Source: Zootoca vivipara (lineage: Eukaryota). Taken from it: a DNA stretch of 64,000 nucleotides. The notes under the pieces were generated by a model. That model was not told where the DNA came from, searched no databases, and saw nothing but the letters and a program-made list of their open reading frames with translations. Below, one piece after another: positions 53,571-64,000 of the stretch (position 1 is its first letter; each line of letters starts with the position of its first letter). The stretch lies in NCBI RefSeq assembly GCF_963506605.1, contig NC_083277.1, forward strand, positions 87,606,001 through 87,670,000, in the 5' to 3' direction. The position numbers and the translations under genes were made by a program.

Positions 53571-55823
53571 CCCTAAAGAGAGGCCAGATGACATTTGGTC
53601 CTAGCCACGCTGATGGAGTGGACCTCTCTTGTCTCCTCTTTCACTCTGATGCAACCAAATGAAACGCTCTTGGCAGAAGATGGTTCTAGAAAACGAAAAG
53701 CCAAATGACACTGCATCCCCACAAGGTCGATGGAGTGGGCCTCGCTATCTCATATCCTCCTGAAATGTAAAGAGGTGACCATGTTTATACAAAGATAGAC
53801 TCATTGCCTGAACAAGTAGTGCAAGCTTTATCTTCATAGGGGAAACTAAACACACATGACACTGAGGGACAATGCTTCTTCCTTAGAAGCCACTTTCCTC
53901 TTTAAGGCAGAGGAAGGCTGCATAGTGTTCTCCCACCAACTACACCCCTAATATTAGGGGGTGTGCCTCACCACAGGAGAGAAAATGCCACAGAAATGAG
54001 GGAAGAGAAGCAGCCCCAATTTACCAGATGCTATGTTAAGTAACCATCTCCTTTCCTTCTTTTAGTATCTAGCGGTGTAACTTGCAGGTGTCACGTTGCT
54101 GCCAATAAGTATAGAAACAGGCTGAAACGGCTGCATTCCAGTATTGCCATGCACCGAATAGTCTCCATAGCAGCAACCTGCTTTTCTCATTTGTGACTAA
54201 ATGTGTACACCTGCTCTTCAAATGTTGAAATGAAAGGCATACACCAGAGACATGAAATAAAGATCTTATTGCGTAATACACTTAGAATGCACGATCAAAA
54301 GCTTTTTGCAGATCCCTTTGATAGCATTTCCTCCATTTACATTTTTAAAAAAGCTGTAATGGGTTCTTCTGCAGTTAATGTGCAACTCCCAAGTTTCAGA
54401 ACGGTGTTAATTTATTGAGGGATGCGGGAGTTGCTGCAGTAGTCTTGTGGCATCATAAGAACAAACAGATTTATTGTGAAATAAGCTTTGTGGATGATGA
54501 GACAGACTCTAATCTACAAATGTTTACACTACAATAAACCTGTTCGTTCCTTATACAGTCCCAAGATTTCAGGTCGTCTATGTTTTTAAATAGGTCAGTA
54601 AGGAGGACTGTTCCGTAGAATTGATAGAAGTCCTTTCCTAATTTACGGGAGTTGAGTTTCGCGTTACAGCCTTGATTGAGAAAACACAACTTTTACTGCT
54701 CAATAAGTGTAGTTCAATAAGTGTAGCTTTTTGTGTGCTTTTGAACCATTTCCAATCTGAATTGTTTACCTTTCTGGCCTTCCCTCCTTCTAGTCAGCCT
54801 CCACTGGAGACTGAGTAATTCAATCACTCCTGATGCAGAGAATTCCTGTGCTCCTCAGAGGAGGATGCTGATTTCCCCACAAGTCATTGGTGTAACCTTC
54901 TTTTCATTTCAAAGGCATGCCCAGATCAATAACCCAGGCAGGAACATGAATGGCGGGGATGGTATCCTTTTTCTGACTCTTATGTGCTAAAGCAGAAAAG
55001 AAAAGTCGAGTTTTCATAAGAGTGAAAGATGCCACTCTTATGAATTCAGAAAGAGTGCTTAGCAGAGGTGTGTGAAACATTGATCTTTGCTTGAGACTTT
55101 AATACATTTTATCCCAGGTTTTCTTGACTTCCCCATGGTCTATAGTTATCTGCCAGAAGTTCTGCCTCTGGCTTATGCGATATCTTCCCTCATTATTTCC
55201 AGACTTAATGTTACGCATGTCAGTTTTCAAAAATCTTCAGGAGAGAGTAATTTTTAATGACTCCCAAGAACAAAAGTATATTGGAAGCTGGTAGTGTTTC
55301 AACTGCAGCCTGTGAATTAAGTGGCTTTGTCCTTAATTTTGTTTCTTTCCTTGCAAGTGATCAGAAAATAAATCTACAGAGCTAAGCTGCAATATGTAAT
55401 TCGGTGAGGATTATTAGAATAGCCTCACTTCTGTTTTGTCAGTGAAAGTGGGAGAGGGTTGTTATTTATTATTTAAGCTATGAAATGGGGGGGGAGAGAT
55501 TTGGTTCAGCTTTGCCTTTTTTTAAAAGAAGAAGAAGAAGCTGAATTAAAGTATTGTAAGGTTGTCAAATGATTTGTCAAGGGGCTCTAGGGAACAATCA
55601 AGACAAAACACAGACTCTGATATTCTTGGCACATGGGTAAAACTGAACAGAGATCTGTACTTGAGATGTGTCCAAGAAAGAAAGTGCTGGAGCCAAATAA
55701 ATTAGGCTTATGAACTGCTTTAAAACAAGCCCTTTTAGCGACGTGTCTTGATAACATGTTACTAAGCATGCTGAGGTGGTCACTGAATTTCCACCTCTTT
55801 CCATGTTTAATTAGAGTATTATT

Positions 55824-55913
55824 CATAGCTGCCAAGTGATCCCCTATTTTAAGGGCTTTTCCCTTATGCTGAATAGGCTTCCTCGCGAGAAAAGGAAAAA
55901 CTTGGCAGCTATG
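55824..55913. mobile_element. 90-bp hAT MITE, family B (opposite orientation to 42901)
   Basis: Same 14-bp TIR; perfect TSD gtattatt. Confidence 0.9.
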
Positions 55914-56640
55914 GTATTATTTGCCAGTGCTGCTCACATATTTCTGTTTTGGGAGACTAATCCTTTAACTTTATTTCCCAAACAATGCAGCAATTATAAC
56001 TTCATCACAGATTTCCTGTTTTAGGATCAGGTCAAAATGATTTAAAGGCCTATCAGGACAGGACAATGGGGTTCAGTCACACAGCTAGCAAGAGGCTTAG
56101 CAGGATTTGTATAATTCTGGGGAAAGTGGTTTTTAAAACAGTCTAATCATGAAATTAATGTGCTGGGTCTCCGGTGAGCATGTCTCTGCTGAGATTTAAA
56201 GCACCTATGAAATAAAATTGTGCTACAGGCCTAACACAGGCATGCCTACAAATACGCATAGTGATGTGAGGGCTGTACCCTCCTGCAATTGGTTTACAGG
56301 AGGAGCAAATACATGGTTGGAGAACATGCATAGGAGACTGTCACTCTGACACATCCACTTGACTTTTGTATGTTGTGCTTCAGCTTGAGCCAATTGTTTT
56401 TCTGAGGTCAGATATGTCCTCTGCCAGATACACATTGACCATTGTATCTCTATATTCAGTCTGTGTGCTGAATACGGACTTGGACTGTCTTGAAGCACAT
56501 TTGATCCTTTCTACAAGTCAGTCTTAGACTCGATTCTTTAATTCTAATGCTTCCAAGTTGATAGTATTGGACTAAGTTCCAGTCATTTCAGTGGGGGCAT
56601 TTAGGATTTCACCATTAGTCTATTCAGATGAATTTTTGTA

Positions 56641-56885
56641 CAGGAATTTTTCTACTTACGAATTTAATGCGTTCCGAACGCACATTCGTAAGTCAAAAAA
56701 AAATTGTAAGTCGAATTCCATATGAATGCATTGGGAGAAAAAATTCGTAAGTCAAAGCAACCCTATCTAAAAATTCATAAGTAGAAAAAATCCTATCTAA
56801 ACCGCATCCAAGATGGCGGACGGAGCTTCGTTCGTAAGTAGAAACATTCGTAAGTAGAGTTATTTGTAAGTAGAGGTACCACTGT
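56641..56885. mobile_element. Tc1/mariner MITE
   Basis: TA flanks; right end gtaagtagaggtaccactg; internal ttcgtaagt repeats. Confidence 0.8.
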
Positions 56886-57932
56886 ATTATATATCTTTTG
56901 AAGGATTCTTGGTATGAATCAAATTCGTGTGATGTTACTATTTGCTAAGCCACACATTATTTATTTTCCTATTCCTCTCCTGATAAGTCTTGCTCACAAG
57001 CATTCAAGAGGTCATGGGTTGTAGTCAACTAGCTTTTTAACTCAGACAAATTAAAAGTATTGCTCACGACTAACTTAGGTCCATTAATTTCATTGGGTCT
57101 ATGTGGGTGTATCCAGGCACATGTGCTTGCATCTGGTGATACTGCACTTTCACTATTGGGATACGTGGCCAGTGGGTCTGATGCTTAGCTGCTGAACCAT
57201 TCCATATGTAAGAAATACTTTGGCCAAGTGTGGATGCACAGGCTGAAGCTGCTTCCTCCTGCAGCTGCTCTCGGAACAAAGAGAAAGTTAGGTTCTGCAT
57301 CTAGACCTGGCCAACATCATTTCTTCCTTGGCTACCTATTAAATGCCAATCTTTATCGGGTTAAAAATGTTTAGGTATCAGCACCAGAATTCTGGGCACT
57401 TGGAATATTTCTAGCTCTGTCTTCTGCAGTCCTTTTTTTTTTTACTGCACTCATCCACTTTGTTCCACTGCTTACATCCACCAGACATGGTCGATGAAGA
57501 GTTGCACAATATTCTTAGTTATGGAACTTGATGAAAATGATTGCATCATATGTGTGTGAGTGGGGGGGGGGGACCTTAAGTACTCAGTACGGTATGTAGT
57601 GTAATGGAATCTACAAACAGGCATGTGACCTTGGGTAGCAAGCTGCTAGATAATTAGAACCAGGTGCCTAACTTGACTTAGCTTGGAGCGTGACATGAGG
57701 AACAGAAGCAGGTTTAAATTTTGCAGTTGACACAAAGCAACACCACAGAGCTGAGCACAGGGGAAGCATAAATCTAGCTAGATGGTAGGTTGGAGGAATT
57801 CTGGTTTTCTCCTTCTGGCGGTTATGTCTTCTTTCACCCTCCCACTGCGCAGTTTTGTTACTGCACACCATGTTACTTAATACACCTATTAATACAAATT
57901 ATAGAAACCTGAATACAATATCTTTCATGTAA

Positions 57933-58078
57933 GGGCTGCAGCTCAGAGGTAGAGCACCTGCTTTGCACGCAGAATGTCCCAATCCCCAATCTCTAAGTAG
58001 GCCTGGGAGAGATCCCCATCTGAAATTTTATGAAAGCTACTGCCAGTCGGTGTAGACATTACTGAAATAGATGGACTT
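57933..58078 (+). mobile_element. tRNA-derived SINE (Squam3-like), decayed
   Basis: tRNA-like head gggctgcagctcagaggtagagcacctgctttgca and 3' ctgccagtc.gtgtagac...gatggac. Confidence 0.65.
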
Positions 58079-59232
58079 ATTGCATTGTACTCATTAACCA
58101 TTATTTGCATCTATTAAAAGTTGTTGTTTTTTATACTAGGGGCTCTGCTCCTGCTTGCTCCACTCAACCAACCCCATCTACCCCACTAGGCCAGCTCCTA
58201 GCTCTTTACCCCTTACCCCCCAAGTCCCACAGCTCCTTCCAAACCCGCTGTCAGAAGCAAGCCAGCAGTAAATCATACTGTGCAAGTTGGAGCAAACTCT
58301 TTATTAGCAAAAACACGATCTGTGCAGGAGTGTCAGGCCTAATGAGCACAGGCAACTCATCTCCAGTAGGTCTTGCCCCCATGAAACCAATGCTGAGACT
58401 GAAGGTCCCTGCCTCCCCACAGCTACCTAAATCCCCTCCTCTCCAGGGTTTTCACCCCAAGCAAATGGAGACAGCAACTGCACATTGCCAATCTCTCCTC
58501 CACCCTTTTCATGGTGGTTCTGGTTCTGGGAGACAAGGGAGAAGAGGAGCTTGTCTCAGCAGGAGGGAAGACACCTGTGCCTCTTCACCAGCCGGATTCA
58601 TTTCCACCTTTTAGCCTCCCTTCTTCCCTGCTTCAGCTTTTGCCTTTGATTCTGGACTTCTTTCTGCCACAGACTCCCAGCTCACTAAGCCTCGTTACCC
58701 CTTCAGCTTCCCCTTCTTCCCAGTTTTCTCCCTCTTCTCCCTGTGACCACTCATCATTTTCCCACCACTGGTAAAACCAGATCTTTAACATTTCTAAACA
58801 ATATAATTAACTGTGCCTCTGGCAATTCATACCCTCTTATAAGTTTAATCTCATTTATTGCAACTTTCCAAAATACCACAATATTAGGGCATGACCAAAA
58901 ATACAAATATATCAGCACTCAATGCTCCACACCTCCAAAATGTATTAGCTACGCTGTTATATATGTAGTTCATGGGACTGAAACTGCCTTCGTCGCGCTG
59001 GTCGATGATGATTGTTCTAGGTTGCCACTCCTGCCAACCTAGAACAATCTCGTCACCCGATAAGTGCCAAACTCACTTCCATACTTATTCAGGAATAGTT
59101 TCTCTTAATTCATTGTCCCAATGGTGTTGATATGTATACTTTTTAATGTGTCCATAGTCATAATACTATAGATTTTACTCTGTAATTGTTGTTTCCATTC
59201 TTCTATCATTAGGCTTTCAAATTAGAAAAAGT

Positions 59233-59725
59233 ATTTTTATTTTTATTTTTTTATATATAAAATTTTGATTTTATTGTTTAAAAACACAAAGAATAAGAAC
59301 ACACAAGCATACAAAAGAATGCCAGAATATAACAAAATACAAATGCACCAAATACAAAAGAAAAAAATAAGAAAAAAAAGGGGGAAAGGGAAGAAGAAGG
59401 AAAAATTACGTCTAAAAACACACAAATCTCATTTCTATCATACCTGTTATCGAAAAAAGATAAAGAATGAACACAATCATTACATAAAACACAGATACTT
59501 CCCGTCCCTCTTATTATACATTTTTTATATCTTGTAGTCCACAGGTTTTTACTTATAGTATCCTCTCTTTTTTTACTTTTCGTTTTCACTTTCACCGTTC
59601 CTAATTTTCTCAAACGTCACTCAATGTCTGCAAGTAGAGAATTGTTTGAATAATACAGTTTAAGGTAATTTTTATACATACTCCACTCTTTTGTTACTTT
59701 TTGCTCAGGTAAGTCTCTTATAGAA
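59233..59725 (-). mobile_element. L1-clade 3' end
   Basis: T-rich tail on +; minus frame IRDLPEQKVTKEWSMYKNYL resembles the squamate L1 ORF2 terminus. Confidence 0.55.
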
Positions 59726-60244
59726 AAAGTAATTTTAGAAACCCAAAGTCTGGGTCCATGGCACTCCTAGATGTATGATTCAGCCTTAAATTATAGGGCA
59801 ATTGCTGCAGGCACACTGACTTTTTAGAGAAGAGGCGTCTCTGCATGTATTTGGCATTAATTGGAGGCCAAGAGCATCCAGCTGAGATTTGGAAGAAGGA
59901 GAAATGCCTGAATCAGAGTAAGAAGGCTTCCTTAGAACGTTGTCTCAGAAAATGAGGAGAAGGGAGGTAATTAGATCTAGAGGCTTGGTAATGTTGGCGT
60001 GGGCATGTTGGGAGTTGGCGCAACGACTGCCATCCACCCCATCCCAGTTGGGAACTGTAGTGTTTGCTTCATATAAGTACTGAATTCCAAGTTCTTGTTT
60101 GCAGTGCCACTGAAGAGGAACTGTAATTTCAAAATGCATTGGACCAATAAACCCTGCAGTGGGGGAGAGAAATCAGCATTTCTCAAATTCAGTCGCAAAG
60201 GTTCATTTAATATATACGATATTTCTCTTCATAATCTGAAGCCA

Positions 60245-60845
60245 AAGGATTTTTTTTTAAGGTTTAAAATAGATCTTTATTTCCGTTTTTTAAAACGTTA
60301 CCGAATGTAACAAAAACAATATCAAAAACAGAGAATTTACAAAATATAAGAGAACCGAAATAAAGAAAAGAAAAATATATAACAAATGCAGAACATAAGA
60401 ATATATACTTAAAATAAAATCTCCTCTGAACTTATACTCAACATAATACATATCAAATGATATACAAAAGGTTTAAATCAAGATGAATTCCAAAAAGAAA
60501 ATTTCAAAAAGAAAACAAAGAAAAGGGAAGAAAAAAAAAACCAGAGACAAGACAGTTACAAAATAAAAGATTTAAAATATTCCGATTGTTAGCATATCGC
60601 TTCCTGTGTTTGTCACCCATCTTAACTCACTTTCTTAAATTCTTCTATTTGAACCACCTTCCCTGGGTGTACCTTCTTCCTTTATCTAATAAATATCTCT
60701 CCCTATACGTTACTTAATTTAAGCAAATCACCAAATTAGTTTTTATACCTTCTTTTTTCAGATAGTCCTCTACCCATTTCCACTCGTTTTGATTTTTTTG
60801 TTTAGGAGTGTTCCTTATAGCTGCCGTCATTTTGGCTAAAGCCAA
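60245..60845 (-). mobile_element. L1-clade 3' end
   Basis: T-rich tail on +; minus frame LAKMTAAIRNTPKQK.. followed by ..EDYL. Confidence 0.55.
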
Positions 60846-61366
60846 AAGAAAATCAAGCAAAGTAACACAATGTTCTAATTATTTTAGCGGTTTCATTTTG
60901 TACAGGCATGTGTAATAAACAGCTAACATGCTCCTCGAATAAATATTTAGCCACCTAGTGTGTGGATAGGCATGTAGCGATTCATTTTCATTCTGATGCC
61001 ACAATGCTTGAATAAATATTCCATGCCGAGTAAATCAGTTATTTATTTACGTAGCACCATCACTTGACAGCTTGGTAACAGAGAGTGGGATGAGAAACAA
61101 ACAATATTTTGAGAACATTTGACAATTATATGGGTTGTTTTATAGTCTCAAGAGGCTGCAGCATTGCTAAATTCAAACAGATGTTGTTTAGTCATCACCT
61201 TCAGTTATATGAAAACAAGAGGGCAGGATTTTGAAATGGTTGTGCGGCTTAATTTGCAGCAGAATGGTGCTGGGGCATGCCCAAAGGCCTACCCATTGAA
61301 ATGGACTCTTGGATCCAGAAACAATATTGCACATTTGGGAGACTAGAAACATCCTCTCCCCACTTT

Positions 61367-61427
61367 GCCGAATCAACCCTGGCGATCAATGGGGTGACAG
61401 ATGTCGCAGCAAGATCGCCCTCACATC
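61367..61427 (-). pseudogene. RN7SK: 7SK snRNA retrocopy, nt 2-62 only (3'-truncated, tailless)
   Basis: Minus strand GATGTGAGGGCGATCTTGCTGCGACATCTGTCACCCCATTGATCGCCAGGGTTGATTCGGC matches the remembered vertebrate 7SK 5' end at 60 of 61 positions. 12-bp TSD tccccactttgc at 61357-61368 and 61454-61465. Confidence 0.9.
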
Positions 61428-61974
61428 GGTCGGTCCCCAAAGTGGGGAGTCGGTCCCCACTTTGCTAAAATACTACTTTCATGGCAAAGGGATATTTCTG
61501 ATCAGATCTCTCTTTCTTATTCTCAAGAAGTTTTTGTGATGAGATGCTCATTCAGCACTGTGTTGTGGGGATGTATTGAGACATGCCACCTGCTTCTTAG
61601 CAATTTTACGACAAGCAACTGGAGATCTGGAAGGTTTGCCATTCACAGTATTATTATTTTTTACAGTGAGCATCCAGGTGTGCTTTTGACATTGATAAAG
61701 TACAACATTTGATCTGTGGATGTCCTGTGCAAGAGTAATGCTCTATATTAAATTAGCTTTAGGGAATGTCTCTACATATGCATTGGTTCTGATGTCGAGA
61801 TTTTTTTAGATGTCATTGAACACAATCACATAATATATCACACAGAATTCTCACTCCACTTTCCTTGGAGTAAACCCTCTTAAATTCAATACAACTTGCT
61901 TCTGAGTAGGCACAGTTACACTTGCACTATTATCTGCTTTTAATTTGAAAAAAAAATGTGGTGTTTTTTCCCAG

Positions 61975-62099
61975 GGCACCCCAGAAGACCTGCTGTTCTT
62001 TTACGAACATCTCCGAAAAGGTGGTGGAGTATTTCGAGTCAATCAGTGCCTCCTTCTGTACCGTTACCATCCACAGGCGGCAACTCATTCAGTTCTAGA
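61975..62099 (+). CDS. B3GNTL1: Next coding exon of B3GNTL1/QTGAL, 125 nt, phase 0-2 (absent from the ORF track)
   Basis: Acceptor gttttttcccag| and donor GA|gtaaga. Translates [41 protein letters not shown](E); remembered human is [42 protein letters not shown]. Joins in frame to the 52675-52770 exon and contains the GT2 ED motif. Confidence 0.95.
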
Positions 62100-62193
62100 G
62101 TAAGATATGTTTTGTATCAAACTGCTTAGAGTTTTGGATAGCATTGGTGGGTGGGGAATCCTCCCCCAACAAAATGTGCATGTGGGTTCGTAT

Positions 62194-62598
62194 CATACCT
62201 GCCAAGTCTCCCACTGAAAAATGCGGGATCAGCAGTGGCGCGGCACCGGAAGTTGCATAGAAGCAACTTCCGGGGCCGCTCTGAACATGTTTGGGCACTG
62301 GAAATAGGGCAGAGTGGCACCAGAGTTCGCTTCTACACATGCCCAGTGGCCATCTTGGTGACGGCCGCCGCCATGCAGCCACCACCAAGATGGCTACCGG
62401 GCATGCGTAAAAGCGACTTCCGGTGCCGCTCTGCCCTATTTCCGGTGCCCACACATGGGCAGAGCGGCACCCAAAATGGAGGCTCCCTGGCAGGTAGGAA
62501 ATCCAAGGGATTTCCGGGATTTTTCTCCATTCGGGAGAACAGGAAACGGATTAAAATCCGGGGGTTTCCCGCGAAAAACGGGATACTTGACAGCTAAG
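62194..62598. mobile_element. 405-bp CpG-rich hAT element related to family B
   Basis: TIR catacctgccaagt / acttgacagctaag; TSD gttcgtat/tttcatat; long internal inverted repeat. Confidence 0.8.
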
Positions 62599-63925
62599 TT
62601 TCATATATATTTGATCATTTGTCTGTATTCCCAAGCCATTTGCAAGCGTATGTGACTTGAGAATGTTGGCCTTTTAAGGCTAGTTTCTTTTATTTCCTTA
62701 TAAGCTACGCACCCTTATGTCTCAATACATCGTGAATTTGAATAACTACTTTTTCAGTGGTCCCGTGATTTGGTTCTGGTATTGCTTTGGTTTAGGCAAA
62801 TCTGTTATTCAAAGTTTTTAAGCCTGGAATGCAAGGCCACACTGGTTAGGGGTTTTTGTTGCAGGGGGCGAGGGTTATTGTTGCTGTTGCTGCTGCTTTT
62901 TGTATTTTTATTTTAGTTCTTGTGATTTATGTGGAAATTGTTCAGTTCGGTTGTGTATTTTTTAGTGTTTATTGTTTATGACTACTTTTGTTAAGTTGTA
63001 GTTACATTTTTTTAAAGGTAAGCTGCCTTGAGCATGGTTTGAACTGGGGAAAGGGCGCCATACAAATTAAATGATGTGTGTATATATGTACAGTATACTG
63101 CTTGTTATGCTAAATGTGTAGTATGCAGCTATGTCTGTGTTTTTTTATTTATTAAATTATAAGCCTGTGTGGAGAGGGGAGGAATTGTCATCCAGACCAC
63201 ATTGTGCAGGGAAAGGTTTATTTTTTCTTTACCCATCCATGATCAGGAGAAAAATCCCTTACTCACCCGGGCCCAACATTGAGGTTGGGGAATAAATCTC
63301 CCGATGTCACTCATTTAATTACAGGCTCAGGAGGGAGGGAGGGTGGGTTTCCTTCTGATAGCATCTGGGGAATACGTTTTCCCTCTTCCATGTTGCCATG
63401 ATAATCTCTTGCCTCTTTGAGCCTATATATTAAATGAAGGGGGGAAAGAGACATTGTTGCTTGCTACACAATTAAAATAACATCAACTTTGACTCTCATT
63501 CTCACGTTGAATTCCTTTTCACTCTGCAGTCATGTATTGATCCCAATAATTTGGATTCGGGACATAGGATAGATTTTATTTTTTTTCAAATTTGAATCCT
63601 TCTTGTCAAACATGCCTATTTAGAATGCAGGTTTGCAATGGCCCTACAATAACGTTTGAACAGATTGTTTCTTTGGTTGGGTTGCTCTCATTGTCTCTCT
63701 TAAATTTGTCTTAGAAAAGCCTTCTCCAGCCTGGTACCCTCCAGATGTATAATTTCAGACTATAACTCCCACCAACCCCAGCTAGCACAGTCATAGTAAT
63801 CCAAAACATCTGGAAAGCACAAATTCGAGGAAGGCTGCCTTGGAATGTATAGTGTAGGTGCTCTGTGTCCCTCTAGGTAGGACTGGGGTTAAGGTAGGGC
63901 TGTTTTCCGCTATATGAACTAAGAC

Positions 63926-64000
63926 AGGGTTTCCAGCTGTTGTTGGACTTACAACTCCCATAATTTCTAGCTAGCGGAACCAGTGGTCAGGGATGCTGGG
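63926..64000. mobile_element. hAT hairpin MITE (family A variant), cut by the window end; older relative at about 63720-63838
   Basis: cagggtttccagctg...acaactccca...accagtggtcagggatg. Confidence 0.7.

Larger units (their letters stand above)
52771..61974 (+). other. B3GNTL1: B3GNTL1 intron (GT-AG, 9204 nt)
   Basis: Lies between two consecutive, in-frame exons; canonical gt...ag ends. Confidence 0.9.

Noticed and set aside
55013-55044. Perfect 12-bp hairpin ttcataagagtg/cactcttatgaa
   Set aside because: Too short for a pre-miRNA; probably a local template-switch event or chance.
57933-57990. tRNA gene
   Set aside because: Only the A-box half is present, there is no cloverleaf, and it continues into SINE body.
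58105-58774. 169-aa Pro/Ser-rich ORF and LTR-like region
   Set aside because: Low-complexity, C-rich sequence. It may be a decayed LTR (minus-strand AATAAA near 58300), but no boundaries could be defined.
63005-63023. tttttttaaag|gtaagc as a second recursive site
   Set aside because: Short tract, AAG acceptor, and it lies in an L2-like 3' end; much weaker than the 59708 motif.
1-64000. CRISPR arrays, operons or prokaryotic systems
   Set aside because: This is vertebrate intronic DNA; the repeats are dispersed TEs and microsatellites, not repeat-spacer arrays.

Overview
This is eukaryotic genomic DNA from a squamate reptile. The repeat set (Sauria SINE, BovB, CR1, lacertid-style hAT and Tc1 MITEs) points to a lacertid lizard. 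The window lies inside the + strand gene B3GNTL1 (QTGAL, queuosine-tRNA galactosyltransferase, GT2 family). Two internal coding exons are present, at 52675-52770 and 61975-62099, separated by a 9.2-kb intron. The preceding exon was not found in 1-52674, which implies an intron of more than 52 kb. The rest is intronic and dense with repeats: CR1, three BovB copies, another RTE, L1 and L2 remnants, Sauria and other tRNA-derived SINEs, many hAT and Tc1/mariner MITEs, an Ngaro/DIRS SGNH-hydrolase fragment and a palindromic Penelope remnant. Most ORFs in the supplied track are noise or TE-derived. The most notable items are: (1) a Penelope fold-back carrying two complementary defective hammerhead-ribozyme copies; (2) a 3'-truncated 7SK retrocopy antisense to the gene, with a snap-back filler at its junction; (3) an Ngaro SGNH ORF preceded by its own splice acceptor; (4) a recursive-splice-site-like motif supplied by an antisense L1; (5) a candidate frame-preserving cassette exon. 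No wholly new multi-gene system can be supported. All family assignments come from recognition of remembered sequence, not from database searches.
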